Shown: piece after piece, positions 1 through 12,253 of the stretch
How the letters are laid out: each line of letters begins with the position of its first letter
Position numbering within the stretch: the stretch's first letter is position 1
Assembly (NCBI GenBank): GCA_015680685.1
Contig: MNCI01001065.1
Location: forward strand, 1,805,612 to 1,869,611
Direction: 5' to 3'
From: Gnetum montanum
Lineage: Eukaryota; Plantae; Gnetophyta
DNA length: 64,000 bases
Position numbers and translations under genes: made by a program
Notes under the pieces: model-generated
The model's input: only the letters and a program-made list of their open reading frames with translations
Databases searched by the model: none
What the model was told of the DNA's origin: nothing

Positions 1-1706
1 TTTAACTCTTGTTCCAGGGGACATTCCCAGAGCCTACGGACTCTTTGAATGTGGGATTGTCAGGGCATTAAGGGCATGAGCCTGCTTTGGGGAGGACCCA
101 CTGACATTTCTATTTGGACCATTCGTTAACTTCTTTTCCTTAACATTTTTTGCAATTAATTAACATTTTTTTGTTCATTTCCATCTTGACATCACTTCAC
201 CGATGCCATAGTTGTCCATTTTCACCTATCTTTCTTACTCCTTTTCTTTCTCCATTCTAACGCTACCAGAGGTTCGCGATTAGTCATGGGGGTACGGGGC
301 CTGCTTTTTCGATTTTTCTCCTATGCCCCAGATTTTTTTGTTTTTCTTCCATTTTTTTGTTTTTCTTCCTAACCCCTACACCTTCGATAGTCATCATCTA
401 CATCTTCCCAGATCCATATCAACCATACCACAACCTAGCCAATGAACCTAAACCGAAGCAAGGTATTATTTACTTATTGATTCAATTACCCTTGCTAATA
501 TATGATTGTGTTGTGTGTGCAGATGACAATCATACAACAACAGAATGGATCTGGAGCAAACACTTGGAATGGAGCAACACTGAAGCAGCTATGCAAGGAG
601 CAAGATCAATAATGCGCATACAGATGGACAACGGACGGCGCAATCTAGGCGTTGGCAGCAACAAGACTCTTCTCTCTTCTTCTCTTCTATTCTCTCTCCT
701 CTTTTCTCTCAGCTACCAAATGTGGCCTGATNNNNNNNNNNNNNNNNNNNNNNNNNNNNNNNNNNNNNNNNNNNNNNNNNNNNNNNNNNNNNNNNNNNNN
801 NNNNNNNNNNNNNNNNNNNNNNNNNNNNNNNNNNNNNNNNNNNNNNNNNNNNNNNNNNNNNNNNNNNNNNNNNNNNNNNNNNNNNNNNNNNNNNNNNNNN
901 NNNNNNNNNNNNNNNNNNNNNNNNNNNNNNNNNNNNNNNNNNNNNNNNNNNNNNNNNNNNNNNNNNNNNNNNNNNNNNNNNNNNNNNNNNNNNNNNNNNN
1001 NNNNNNNNNNNNNNNNNNNNNNNNNNNNNNNNNNNNNNNNNNNNNNNNNNNNNNNNNNNNNNNNNNNNNNNNNNNNNNNNNNNNNNNNNNNNNNNNNNNN
1101 NNNNNNNNNNNNNNNNNNNNNNNNNNNNNNNNNNNNNNNNNNNNNNNNNNNNNNNNNNNNNNNNNNNNNNNNNNNNNNNNNNNNNNNNNNNNNNNNNNNN
1201 NNNNNNNNNNNNNNNNNNNNNNNNNNNNNNNNNNNNNNNNNNNNNNNNNNNNNNNNNNNNNNNNNNNNNNNNNNNNNNNNNNNNNNNNNNNNNNNNNNNN
1301 NNNNNNNNNNNNNNNNNNNNNNNNNNNNNNNNNNNNNNNNNNNNNNNNNNNNNNNNNNNNNNNNNNNNNNNNNNNNNNNNNNNNNNNNNNNNGGTGTGTC
1401 CGGTAAGTGGGAACGGATGCTGACGCTAGTTAATTTAGACTTAGGACATTAGTTAGAGTTAGTTAGCTTCTCAACCCTTTCTCCCATAGCTTAGGCGATA
1501 AAACTGAAAATACCAAAAAAATCACATACCTCAAACTTGCTTAACCATACACCGTGACACTTACAAGCAAGCCTGGGAAGACAACGAACGATTAACCCCA
1601 AGTGTTTCTTGTGGCGTTAAGGCATTTAGTCTGTGGAGTTCGACCGGATCGCACATACACGCTCATATTCGTATGGTTGAGTGTAGGGGTACCTCGCCAC
1701 TCATCA
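1..1706 (+). mobile_element. 3' end of an Athila-like Ty3/gypsy element (element D): 3' non-coding region and 3' LTR, partly in an N gap
   Basis: 1-730 aligns by eye to 53670-54355 of element C. 1393-1706 matches the LTR end of C (GGGGTACCTCGCCACTCATCA). No PBS follows, so this is a 3' LTR. Confidence 0.85.
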
Positions 1707-1850
1707 CAAGTGATAATGTATCCTTATTTGAAACCATGTTGTAGTTTGAGATGTTTGTTTAACTATGCTAGTTTTAGAGTTATGAATCTTAACATTAAGT
1801 TCTAATACAATGAACTTTGTGAAATCAATTACTCAACATACATTGACTTG

Positions 1851-1868
1851 TCCTTGGCAATGACACCA
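1851..1868 (-). promoter_or_regulatory. PBS, decayed tRNA-Asp type
   Basis: Minus strand TGGTGTCATTGCCAAGGA versus the Athila-type TGGCGCCGTTGCCGGGGA; all differences are transitions. Confidence 0.75.
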
Positions 1869-1869
1869 A

Positions 1870-2742
1870 TGATGAGCAGTGGAGTAATCCAACACCCAAC
1901 CATACAAGTCATAGGTGTTCACGTGTGACAAAATCATAATCTATGGATGAGGCAATGTGATTATGCTGGTAATTTGTTTAAGTTCATGATCATTGTCTTC
2001 CCATGTGGAGCTAGTGAAATCTAACTGTATGGTTTAGCTCTTCATGAGGTATGAGATAAGTGATGTTGTTTGGTCCACGCCGCTCCTATCATACATGATG
2101 AATATAAAGATTTCTAAACTAAGTAAAATGAATAAAAAGTCTAGTTTACCCTAGTGCGATGAGTATCTATTCCTAATCTTTCATACACATCTTGGGCTTC
2201 ATGAACTACCACTGGGATACTAAGTGTATTGCTATTGGGCGTACCAAGCAATAGCACTACTAGGTTACCAAGTAATTACACTTAAGTGCTCAAGATTATT
2301 CATACTCATTCCACTTAATATGAATATGTAAAAGTAAAGTGCTTTAGAAAAGTAAATCATTAAGCTAGAAAATAGTAAAAAACTTATTCCGTGTAAATAG
2401 TAAATTTAGGAGAATGTTGCAATAGTGGAAAATAGCTTGATCTTTATTTTCAGTCACACTTGTGCCCAAGTACAAAATGCTCAAATAAAGATGTTGTTCA
2501 CTAGTTCACACTACACTGCAAGCATTCATACTTCTAGTCACTGAGTCTAACTCATAAAAACACATGGAAATATTTTCGAAGGATTGGTGAAATTATTTTT
2601 TGGACCATGCACCTAAGTGTTGTATTTATAGGTAGGCACATGTCTCACGATATCATATATCCGATGTCGTAGCTTGGGCTCCGATATCAAGTACACAATA
2701 TCGCAACTCTAATATTGTAGATGTTAAAAATGCATCTTATTA
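1870..2742 (-). repeat. 5' LTR of an Athila-like element (element E), whose leader is interrupted by element D
   Basis: On the minus strand it starts TAATAAGA (decayed TGATGAGA), has TATAAAT near 2625 and ends CTGCTCATCA just before a PBS. The 3' end resembles the LTR ending at 41826. Confidence 0.7.
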
Positions 2743-4160
2743 GTAGGAATGTCTGATACTACTATCATAGAAGTGTTTATGGCCTTGGCCACCCTATCAA
2801 CCACCAATTCTACTACTATCTCTTACCCACGGTACTGTAGCACTAGGACAGTTTTCCCCTTGTCTTCCTTCAAGTACACTAAGAAAGCTATGGCACTCCT
2901 AGAGATTTCAAGAAATTCTTATTCAAGGATGAACACCATGACCTCTTGGGCACTAGGATTCTTTCTTGCATGCATCTGTGTTCATTGTGTTAAGAACATC
3001 GGGGTGGTCCTCTAGCTAGTTGATGGTCCTAATAACCTTGTTGAGATGGCTTAATGCTAGATAGTAAACCAATGACTCCCTAACACCTACCAAACCTTGT
3101 TATTACTACAGTTGCTACTCATGGAGCTTTTGGAGTCTCCCTACAGTTGCATGCACTTCTAGTGTGGTCTCCCCTATAGGTGGTGATGGTGGCCACTCCT
3201 CTTGCTCCAACTTTGCTGCTTCTTTATCTTTCATCATCTCCTATGAAGATGTGGCAAGAGCATGGTGAAGCATATCATTTGCATAGCATGTTATGCCTTC
3301 ACTCTTGTAGAGTTTTCAAATAAGGCACAAAAAGGGGGAATGTCTTCCTTCCTCACTTATTCTCTTTAAAGCACTTCTTTATCTCTAAATAGATGAGTTG
3401 ATGAAGGTTGACATGAATTTTACTGCTTAGAGTGATGCACCCATAAGTGCAAAAGATTGTGACCTTGTTGAGCATCACCATGGGGTTTAGGTGATAGGCC
3501 ATAATTTTGAAATACACACGCTCCACCTTAGTGAGTGCATTATACTCCTTATGGTCGACCCCATAGGAGTGCTAGATCCACTCTTTCTTGACTTCAGGGT
3601 CCACCTCGGTGGATATCTTTGCCAAAGTTACCCTAGTGTTAAGCAAATAGAGGACCTTTGCGATGGTCTCAACCAAGTAAGAGATGGTGATGTCTTTAAT
3701 TTTAACCAACACATCTCCTTATTGGTTGTTCCAAAATAGGTAGGTCTCCCCCATGTACCATTCTCCACTAAAAGAAAGAATGGGTGACATAGGCGACCCC
3801 TGTAACTATGTGTGAACTTCCTCTAGTGCTAGTTCCAAAAATGATTTAAAGTTGAGTTCTTAGATAACCGAACTCTTAATCTCCCTAGTTCGAATCCTTT
3901 TAAGGCAAGCCTCTATTAATGCGACCTCTAGCTTGGATCTTGAACTTGGTGGCTCATCTTGCCTCACTGGTCAATTTCAGCAATGGGAATCTATCGAATT
4001 GATTGCAATTCAAGAACCTCCCTACGAGGTTGCATTACATGAGTTGCTTCGTCTTCCTAGTCTTGGGGTTTTTGTGGCTATTACTAGTCCCTTCCTCCTT
4101 ATGGCCACTTCTCCCTTGGCTAGGAAGGTCCCCTAGCTAGTGGTCCCTTCTTTGGTTCCA
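2743..4160 (-). pseudogene. Degenerate accessory (env-like position) ORF of an Athila-like element, cut by insertion of element E
   Basis: Minus strand splice acceptor TTGTGATTACAG directly followed by ATG (MEPKKGP...). Long coding-like frames with scattered stops, e.g. VKIKDITISYLVETIAKVLYL...VYFKIMAYHLNP. Confidence 0.5.
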
Positions 4161-5060
4161 TCTGTAATCACAAATATAACCAAGGATTAGCAATTAATGT
4201 ATAACCTGTAGTTCCTTCTTGATACCTTCCTCATTTGGTTAGGTTACACTTAGGTTTTTTTGTGATCTTGATAGCTCTATTATTATATTATTATTTTATT
4301 CATTGGTTACAAAAGTTTGTTTGTAAATTTTAACTTGGTGTAAGTAGGATTTTTAATATTATTTTAATAGGTAAACCTTGGGAAGTTAGAAAAATTTCCA
4401 AAAACATTTTCATCATAAATCAAAATTTGTGGCCCCCACAACATAAAGTGTACCTTTGGTAGCTAGAGGATTGAAGAATGATGTTAAGTAGACCCTTAGT
4501 ATGGAAGTTATGATGCTCGGAAGGTCATTGAGCTTTGAAAATGGCAAAAATTCCCTATGCATTGGAATGCAAATGTGAAAAATGACTAAGTATTGATGCA
4601 TATATATAGTGTTTTTATATTGTGTCAATGAGGATGCTTCAACATAGCTATTTGCAACAATTTCTCACATATAAAAACTAAGTATTTCGAAAGAGTTTCA
4701 AGATGAAATTAGAGTCCAAAGGAAGCTAGAAAAACCTAGAATGATAACAAATCATGAAAGAGGATATGAGATTGGCTAAAATGAGATTTTGAAGATAACT
4801 AGATATGCCAAGGGATGCAAAACTAGATGTTTCTTATGAAAAATTATGGAATTGAAGGAAAAATAACTAAGGAACTAGAAGTTTAATGAAGCTAGAGCAA
4901 AGAGTTTGCAAGTGGGTCCTTCCCATAGCAAGCTCATGCCAGTAATGCCTTTGTATGCCCTCATACCTAGGAGTCTATAGGCATTGAGGATGATTAATGA
5001 TCATGATCCATCAAAAATAAAATCCACATCAAAAATTATCAAAGGATTAGGAAATCAGTG

Positions 5061-5426
5061 GCTAAAGAGTGTATTGTAGCGTAATGACTGCTACTGCTTC
5101 AATTTTGTTACCTTTTTTGCTGCGGCTAAGTCAACTGTGCTGCTTGTGTTACGCTGTTTCATGCTACGTAGCGTAACCCAGTGTAGCATGATAAAAGTTA
5201 AGATTTTTGAACATGGCTAGCTAGGGAAGTTGAAGCATTATTGCTACGCATCCCTTGTTCTATTCTGTCTTCTGGGGTCTACTACACTGAGTTGCATAGC
5301 ATAATGTAGTAGGCCCTTAGCCGAAAAAAAAGAAAACTTCCTGAGATGTGCCACTTATGGAAATTTTTTGCCTAAACTTCAAAACTTTGTTGAATCATCG
5401 AGGTCTTGAAATTTCACGGTGTTTCA
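5061..5426 (-). repeat. Truncated 3' LTR of element B (first ~365 bp)
   Basis: Closely similar to ~36894-37261 and starts TGAAACACC after the PPT; similarity stops near 5061. Confidence 0.88.
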
Positions 5427-6146
5427 ATGGCCCCTCTTTGTTGACATTTTGAGGGCTTGCCTGAGAGATGTTAACAAAGAATACGAAACACCACAAAAGT
5501 AAAGACACCAACATCATCCGTCAGCTACTGCTTGGATGTTTCTTTTTCAACCTAGAAGTGTGGAGGCAGGAACATAAGGGGAAATGGAGGATTTTATAAT
5601 TATGATGGAGGGAGGTTCAGGGAAGACTCAAGCGTGAGTAGGATACTTCGCAAACATGTTAATAGAGAACTCCTCATGGGTGTTTTCCTGGGAGGTTACG
5701 CTGTTGTACTGTATATGTGGGGCTCGCCTGGACGAGTTGCGTTATGCCCGTATGGCATGGACAAGTTGTGTTTCATCCATTTTTCTTAGCTTTGCCCATT
5801 TTTTTCTTAATACAATTGCTTTCCATGAGGCGAGTTGCGTTACACCAATTCATGGACGTGATGGTTATTTATGTGCAAAAGACTTCCTGTATGCTTACAT
5901 TTTGTACAAATAAAAGGAGAGGGTAAGGGCGGTCGTAAAGATAAGGGAAGGGGAAGGTAGGATAAGATGTCTGGTGGAAAAAAAGGGTAGGTTCTGCACT
6001 TCCAAGTAATTAGGCTAGTCCAAGCAGCCACCTCAGAACGTTGTGACACCTTGCCCTCCTAGTGAATGCATTTTTGAAGAATGCTATCGTAGCAAGTAAC
6101 CTGCAAAATGTAACAAAGAATAGAGAAAAAATTCAGTCATCCTAAT

Positions 6147-7584
6147 TGAAACACCATGAAAATTGCGAATCAGCCTAGGGTGAAGATTCACGATTCAGGC
6201 GAAAGTTTGCAGTAAAAATCCAGAAGATAGAACAAGGCAAAGAGGCACGTAGCATCAAGTCTCCAAGTTTCTTAAAAATTCCAACTTTGTTTTGTTTTCT
6301 CTCTTTATGCCACATTACGCAACATAGCGTCATGTCGCTCAGCGTAATTCTACTTAATGTAGCACGATATTGGAAGATAACTTACTTTAGAGAATACGAC
6401 AAAGTTTAAGGCCTAAGCAGCGGACTATGACTTGTCGCATATTCCATTAAGTCTTTTGTTCAGGACTGAATTTATGCTCCATTACGCAGAGCAGTGTAAT
6501 GAGCTTCGAGAAAGTCAAAGTCAGAGTCCAAAGGAGCGCGGCAGATTGACTTCTTCTTTTTGCAGATTGGTCACTTTACGCTTATTACGCTACACAGTGT
6601 AAACAAGCGTAACTTATTGTGAGGTTGATCATTTTTACGCTCCATTATGCTTTGCAGCGTAAATTAGTGCAAAGCAGCTTGAGTTAACTACCTTTATGCT
6701 TTATTATGCTCTGCCACGCTATACAGCATAAACAAGTGTAATANCATGACCAGCTTTAACATAAAAATTGTCAAGTCAACGATATTTTGAAAGTTCGAGA
6801 CACGTGTCATCAAGGTTGTGCCTTCCCACGTTATGCTAAACTTATAAATACTCCAGTTGGCGAAGGCAAAAGGGGGATTTTTTCTTCTTTTGAAGGACAG
6901 AAGACATTGTTTGAGCATTGGCAACAGGAGCGATCAGTCTTTTGGCGAAAACACTATCCCCTTCATTGGTGATCATTAACTGCTTTGAGCAAAGACTACC
7001 GAAGGCAAAAGGAGTAGATCAAAGATCAAGAGATCATCTGGTATAATTGGCAAGGTTTATTGATCAGAAACAGTTGATCGATAGACATCCAAGCTTGACC
7101 TTCCTTGCATTCCACTTTTGGCTTACGAGGTAGATCAAACTTCATTCTGTACTCCCTTTTGAACAGTTTTCTTATTGTTTTATGTATGCTTTGCACAAAG
7201 ATAAGTGAATTCTGCCGTTGGAACATTGTATGCAATATATTCAACTTTCGAGTCAAAACATAGATCTTGGAATTATGCATCTCTTCTAAATTTGATCTTC
7301 CTTGTCACGTTGACGTTGTCGTTATTTCAAGTTCTTTACATTGTTTTCTACTCCTTCTATGATTCATCGAATTAATTCGTTTCGTGAAATATATATATAA
7401 TACATATACTATCGTGATATTCGACAATTTACTGATTAAGTAAGTCCCTGTCTGATCGACAAGACCGTTCAGGGTACCTCGGATTCGTTTTCTCTAGCAC
7501 AGCCCTCACACGGATCCGTGGTTAAGACTGTGTACACGGATCTTCACTCGGTATTTCCAGCGATCGACGTTTTCCATCGTTACA
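6147..7584 (+). repeat. 5' LTR of element A
   Basis: TGAAACACC...CGTTACA, a direct repeat of 20702-22286, with TATAAATA near 6843. Confidence 0.95.
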
Positions 7585-7590
7585 TTTTTC

Positions 7591-7620
7591 TGGTGCTAGA
7601 AGGAGGGCCTGAACCTCCGA
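7591..7620 (+). promoter_or_regulatory. PBS of element A, tRNA-Asn type
   Basis: TGGTGCTAGAAGGAGGG lies 6 nt after the LTR and is complementary to the plant tRNA-Asn(GUU) 3' end as I recall it (...CCCUCCUUCUAGCGCCA). Confidence 0.8.
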
Positions 7621-7833
7621 TCCATATTTTATGGGTAACCCTGTAAGCAATCCGTACCCATGTTCACATAACGTAAACGTAATACCTCTAGGGAAGTTTA
7701 CAAAATCGTGTGCTGGAGATTGGTCACCGTAACGATTCCTTTGGAATCCTACAGGGTAGAAAGCCCAATCGTAATTTTTTTTTTCCATCGCCATTTAAAT
7801 CTTTTCGTTTGTTGTCATCGATCTATCTGAGAG

Positions 7834-10800
7834 ATGGATTCTGCACATACAACCACTGCCACTATGATCACCACTGACTCGAGTGCCATAACTGTAAATC
7901 CCATTACCATTCCCGAATCAGCTTTCCGTGCGACAGGACCTTAGGGACCGTCGCATCATTCATTGCGATTACAGGGCAAGGATCCTTCACTCACCATCTT
8001 GACTCCTGAAGAGTATAATTTCATTTACATCAAGATCCAGGCAAAGCTTGCCCTTAGTTGAGCTAAGATAGAAGCAAAATGAAATTATGAGCTGATCCAC
8101 AGAGGGGGTCAAGACTTCACCCCTACTGCATATGACATCATCCCCCTGATCGATCATTATCATGAACTCCTGTCCCAACTAGTTATGGCTAAGAATCAGA
8201 CTACACAATCTATTCTAGAACCTCAAAACAAGGAGGAGGAGGAAGATGAATTCGCAACTCCGTCTGAACACGTGGATTCATACCATACCCTCAACCCCCA
8301 TACATATGTGAATCCCTTGTTTAATCCTCTCACCGGAGAAGCTACCCATCTCAACCCAATCATGACCACCCAAACGCATATTCCCATCGTCCCGCAGGCC
8401 ACCACGTAATCCTCGATCTTGCAAGTACAAATGCCACTTCAAAATAACGTGGGAGTAATCCCCTCGCCACATGTAATCAGTATTCTGTCGATGATACCTG
8501 CATCTACTGCCCCCCATTTCATTCCCCAAGTGCAGGTCCATACCACGCCTATATCCCACCCGATGCAAAATCTGGTGCAAACCTTATCGTCGCAGCCCAT
8601 TGCAAGGCAACAGATCGCAACCACCATTCAATCGTAGCAATCTGTTCAACAACCTACAGCTAGTCAATGGATCACGCCTGTTGCACAACACAATCAATCT
8701 GCATTCTACGGTGTGCAACCTTTGGCTGCATCTACCACACATATCCCACAGGCAACTGCACAACCTCCTTACACCTTCAATCCTACGCATCCAGTGATGG
8801 CCAATTTTTCTGCACAGTCTGTCGAGTGGTGGGTTTCACAGGTAGCTCCATCCGCGGGGACAGTCCCCATTACGCCATCTATCAACCAAGCTATCGCTCC
8901 CTTCCCATTGCCTGGTACTACTCTTCCAGTCCAACCCCTTGTTCCTCTAGCGCCAACTTCGTCATCAATAGGTCTGGATCAAGCTTTTTTGCTTATTTAG
9001 ACCCTCACCGAGGAAGTTAAGCACCTTAAAGCTGCTGGCTCTGATACAATATAGGTCATGGATTTCTACCATGATGACCCCATCAGCCCAGTAGTCCATG
9101 CTGTCGTTGCCTCCAAGGATGTCTTTGCCCCATTTTACTAAATACAATGGGGAAGGTGATCCTAATGCTCATTTCGTTACCTTCAGGTCTAAATCCTTGC
9201 TACTACAACAATGGCCCCATACGATTATCCGTGTCTTTGCAATGTCTTTGGCAGGTAAGGCCTTGGACTGGTATCGAGCACTCCCTCGCTCTTCCATCTC
9301 AACCTTGGAAGAGCTCCTAACACAATTTTTAACTCTCTTTAAATACAATTTAAAGTCGAAAGTCACGTTAGATCAACTTATGGGAGTGAAACAAGACCCG
9401 CTCGAGCCAGTCCAGAAGTTTATACAGCGATGGAGTGCTACTCTGAATGAAATCCGTGAGCCTATCGCGGAAGCCCATCTGTTGGCTATTTTCAAAGGAT
9501 TAGTTAATGAGTTCATCAAGTCTAAACTATACTACCTTGCCCCTCGCTCCCTGAGTCAAGCCTTCACGCAAACTAAGAGCATCCAAGATGCTACGGAGGC
9601 TAGTAAAGACCTAGCGTATGTGGCCTATAAGAACGCCAACAATAAAGGTAAAGACAAAGGTAAAATAGCAACGACGATAGTAGCTACACTGGCCAAGGGC
9701 GTCAAAAACAAGAATAACAAGAAGACACCCACAGCACCTGCCGAGACCATGGCTAGTGCAAGCAACACTAGCCAAGAAGCACTTGCCCCTAAACAGCCCT
9801 CACAGTCAAAACCAAACCTCAAGCGTAAAGATCGTTCGAAATATACAGCCCTGCCTATAAAGCATTCAGAACTACTGAAATAATTATTAGGAGTAGTATA
9901 TATTCAAAACAAAAAAATATCTGAAGAAGCTCTGCAACATCACAGGCATCATTGTGAATTGCTAAAGAACCCTTCTTTAGCTCTACCCAATGAACCGCCA
10001 GTTCCTAAGTCTTTCAAGTTGGACCATTTTTGTGACTACCACCAGTTGTCTGGTCACGAAACTGATTATTGCTAGGCATTGAAGGACGATATTCAACGCA
10101 TGATTGATGATGGTTCTTTGACATTAGACAGCAGTAGTCCAACACGTCCCAAAAATCAGGCGATGCATATGTACAAAGACCCGTTAAACGTAAATAACGC
10201 AACATACACCATCAACCTGGTAAGTACGGACAGTAAGAGGAAGGTACCGCCTAAGCAACCCTTTGTGTTACGTGTACCTATCAGTTCACCCCAGGGGGTG
10301 AGCTCTTCACCGGTAGTTAGCAGTGCCTCGAGGCCACCCTTTGTTATTCAGACGCCCTCTCAAACTATAACTCAGTCTCACATTAACAATAAACCCGCGG
10401 CCATGCCCACACCTACTCCTAAGGTGCCTTTTATCCTTAGGGCACAAAAACCACTAGCTGCCCCTTTTACACAGGGGCGAGCCTCTAACCAAAACCATCA
10501 AGCGCCATCCAACAAAAAAAGGGAAGGAGATGCGTCAATTAACGCAACCAAAGACCGCTCTACACTAGGGTTTGCTAAGCCCAGGCCCCTAGCTTCTATA
10601 CCTTTGCTTGCACCTCCTGGGCAAGACAAAGGTACAAAAACATAGCCACCTCCCCTTGGCAAAAAGAAATACAGCCCTCCGACCGACGCTATTCTGCCTC
10701 GGGAAATTCATCTCTTAGGGCAAATGGAAGAAGAAAGAGGGGACAAGCAACCCAGCCAAGAGCGGGACCTCCTCGATGCATTTACGCAAGTCAAGCAGGC

Positions 10801-11672
10801 TCTAAAATAGAAGAACATAACATTGAGCCTCTACAACTTACTTATGACGTCTCAAAAGCACCATGAGGCTATGGTCTACATGCTGACATCCATGCATGTG
10901 GATAAAAGCTTACCAGCGCAAGAGGAAGCGATACATGCTGTCATGTTTCCCCCCCCCCCCCCCNNNNNNNNNNNNNNNNNNNNNNNNNNNNNNNNNNNNN
11001 NNNNNNNNNNNNNNNNNNNNNNNNNNNGATGATCCTGAGAAAGGTCGAGTGACAATAGAACCCATGTTCATCACCATCTAGGTTAGTCAACATCAGATTC
11101 GGAGGGTGCACGTTGACGATGGTGTGGCTACGAATGTCATCCCTTATCCTATAGTGGATAAGTTGGGTCTGGTCGACCAGATTAGTCTTACGATGACATC
11201 ATGCATAAAGTTGATCAACGGGGCACGAGTTCAAGTCAAAGGGACAGTACATATCAATTTTGTGGCAGGAGACCAATTCCCAATAGACACTACATTTATC
11301 GTTGTCGAGGAGATGCCTGGCTTCAACCTAATTCTAGGGAGGTCCTGGCTAGCCCAATTGAGGGCAGTTTCATCACCGATACATCAAGAGATACACCTAC
11401 CTTATGTAGGGGGAGAGGTAGTGATACATGGTGATGAAATAACTCCTAGAACTGTCAATAACATCGAGGAAGAACAGGGTTCGGAAATCGAAATGCCTAA
11501 AGATCAAACCCATGTCCAAATTCCCGAACAGGTCGAAATGACTAATGACAGCCTAGCCTGGGCCAACCTACCATTTCAGGGAGAGGAAGATGATGTGAAG
11601 GATTCAGGTCATAGATCTCCTTGCCCTTATGCACCACTCAACGTAAAAGCTATTAAAAAAATTATAGGCTAG
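7834..11672 (+). pseudogene. gag: gag plus aspartic protease of element A (several premature stops, one N gap)
   Basis: Capsid-like KYNGEGDPNAHF...LAGKALDWY...L.QF; Tat-type knuckle CDYHQLSGHETDYC; protease VHVDDGVATNVIP...FNLILGRSWL. Confidence 0.92.
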
Positions 11673-12253
11673 TGATTGACCTGCGTGATATTTACGTGCA
11701 TCTTTACACTTTCACTAGTTTTTCCATTTACACTTATCAGTTTTGACTGTCAGTTTTGTTTAGTACACACATATTTATGTCTTCTATCAATTACACCATT
11801 TATGTTTCCTAGTTTACACCATTCATGCTTTTTAACTCCTATTAGTTACATTAGTACAATTACACAAATATTTACACTTTTATCAATTGCATTCTCCGAC
11901 ATACGCAAATGGCCCACAACGGCCTAAAAGGCCCAAAATGGCCCTAAACTAAAATATCCGATTTCTATCTTTACGCAAAAAAAAACACTTAACGGCCCGG
12001 GACGACCTCAAACTAGCAAATTCATCTATATTTTACGCAAACACTATGTAATAGCCCGCAATGGCCTTAAACTAGCAACTCCATCCAATGATCGCAATAA
12101 CGCCACCTACTCAAAACCCTCAATAATTCTATTTACGCTTTGTATAAATAAAGACATAAAATTAAAAAACATAAAGAAAATTTCATGATTAATCATGCCA
12201 AAATTCATATTGTCTTTGTCCCATCTCATAAATAAAATCGTGTGTAATCATAA

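Noticed and set aside
357-1452. Long ORFs spanning N runs (also 14939-15524, 48559-49268, 53096-53692)
   Set aside because: They are artefacts of translating assembly gaps.
1870-2742. This LTR as the 3' LTR of element F or part of a three-LTR tandem
   Set aside because: It is followed by a PBS, has no PPT before it, cuts the adjacent ORF and differs from F's LTR.
4368-4384. 17-bp exact match TAGGTAAACCTTGGGAA also at 62741-62757
   Set aside because: I could see no flanking similarity; one such match in 64 kb of AT-rich DNA is not compelling.
6740-6750. Apparent ~150-bp deletion in A's 5' LTR relative to the 3' LTR
   Set aside because: It coincides with a single N, and the 3' LTR has an N run at the same place, so it is probably a contig join.
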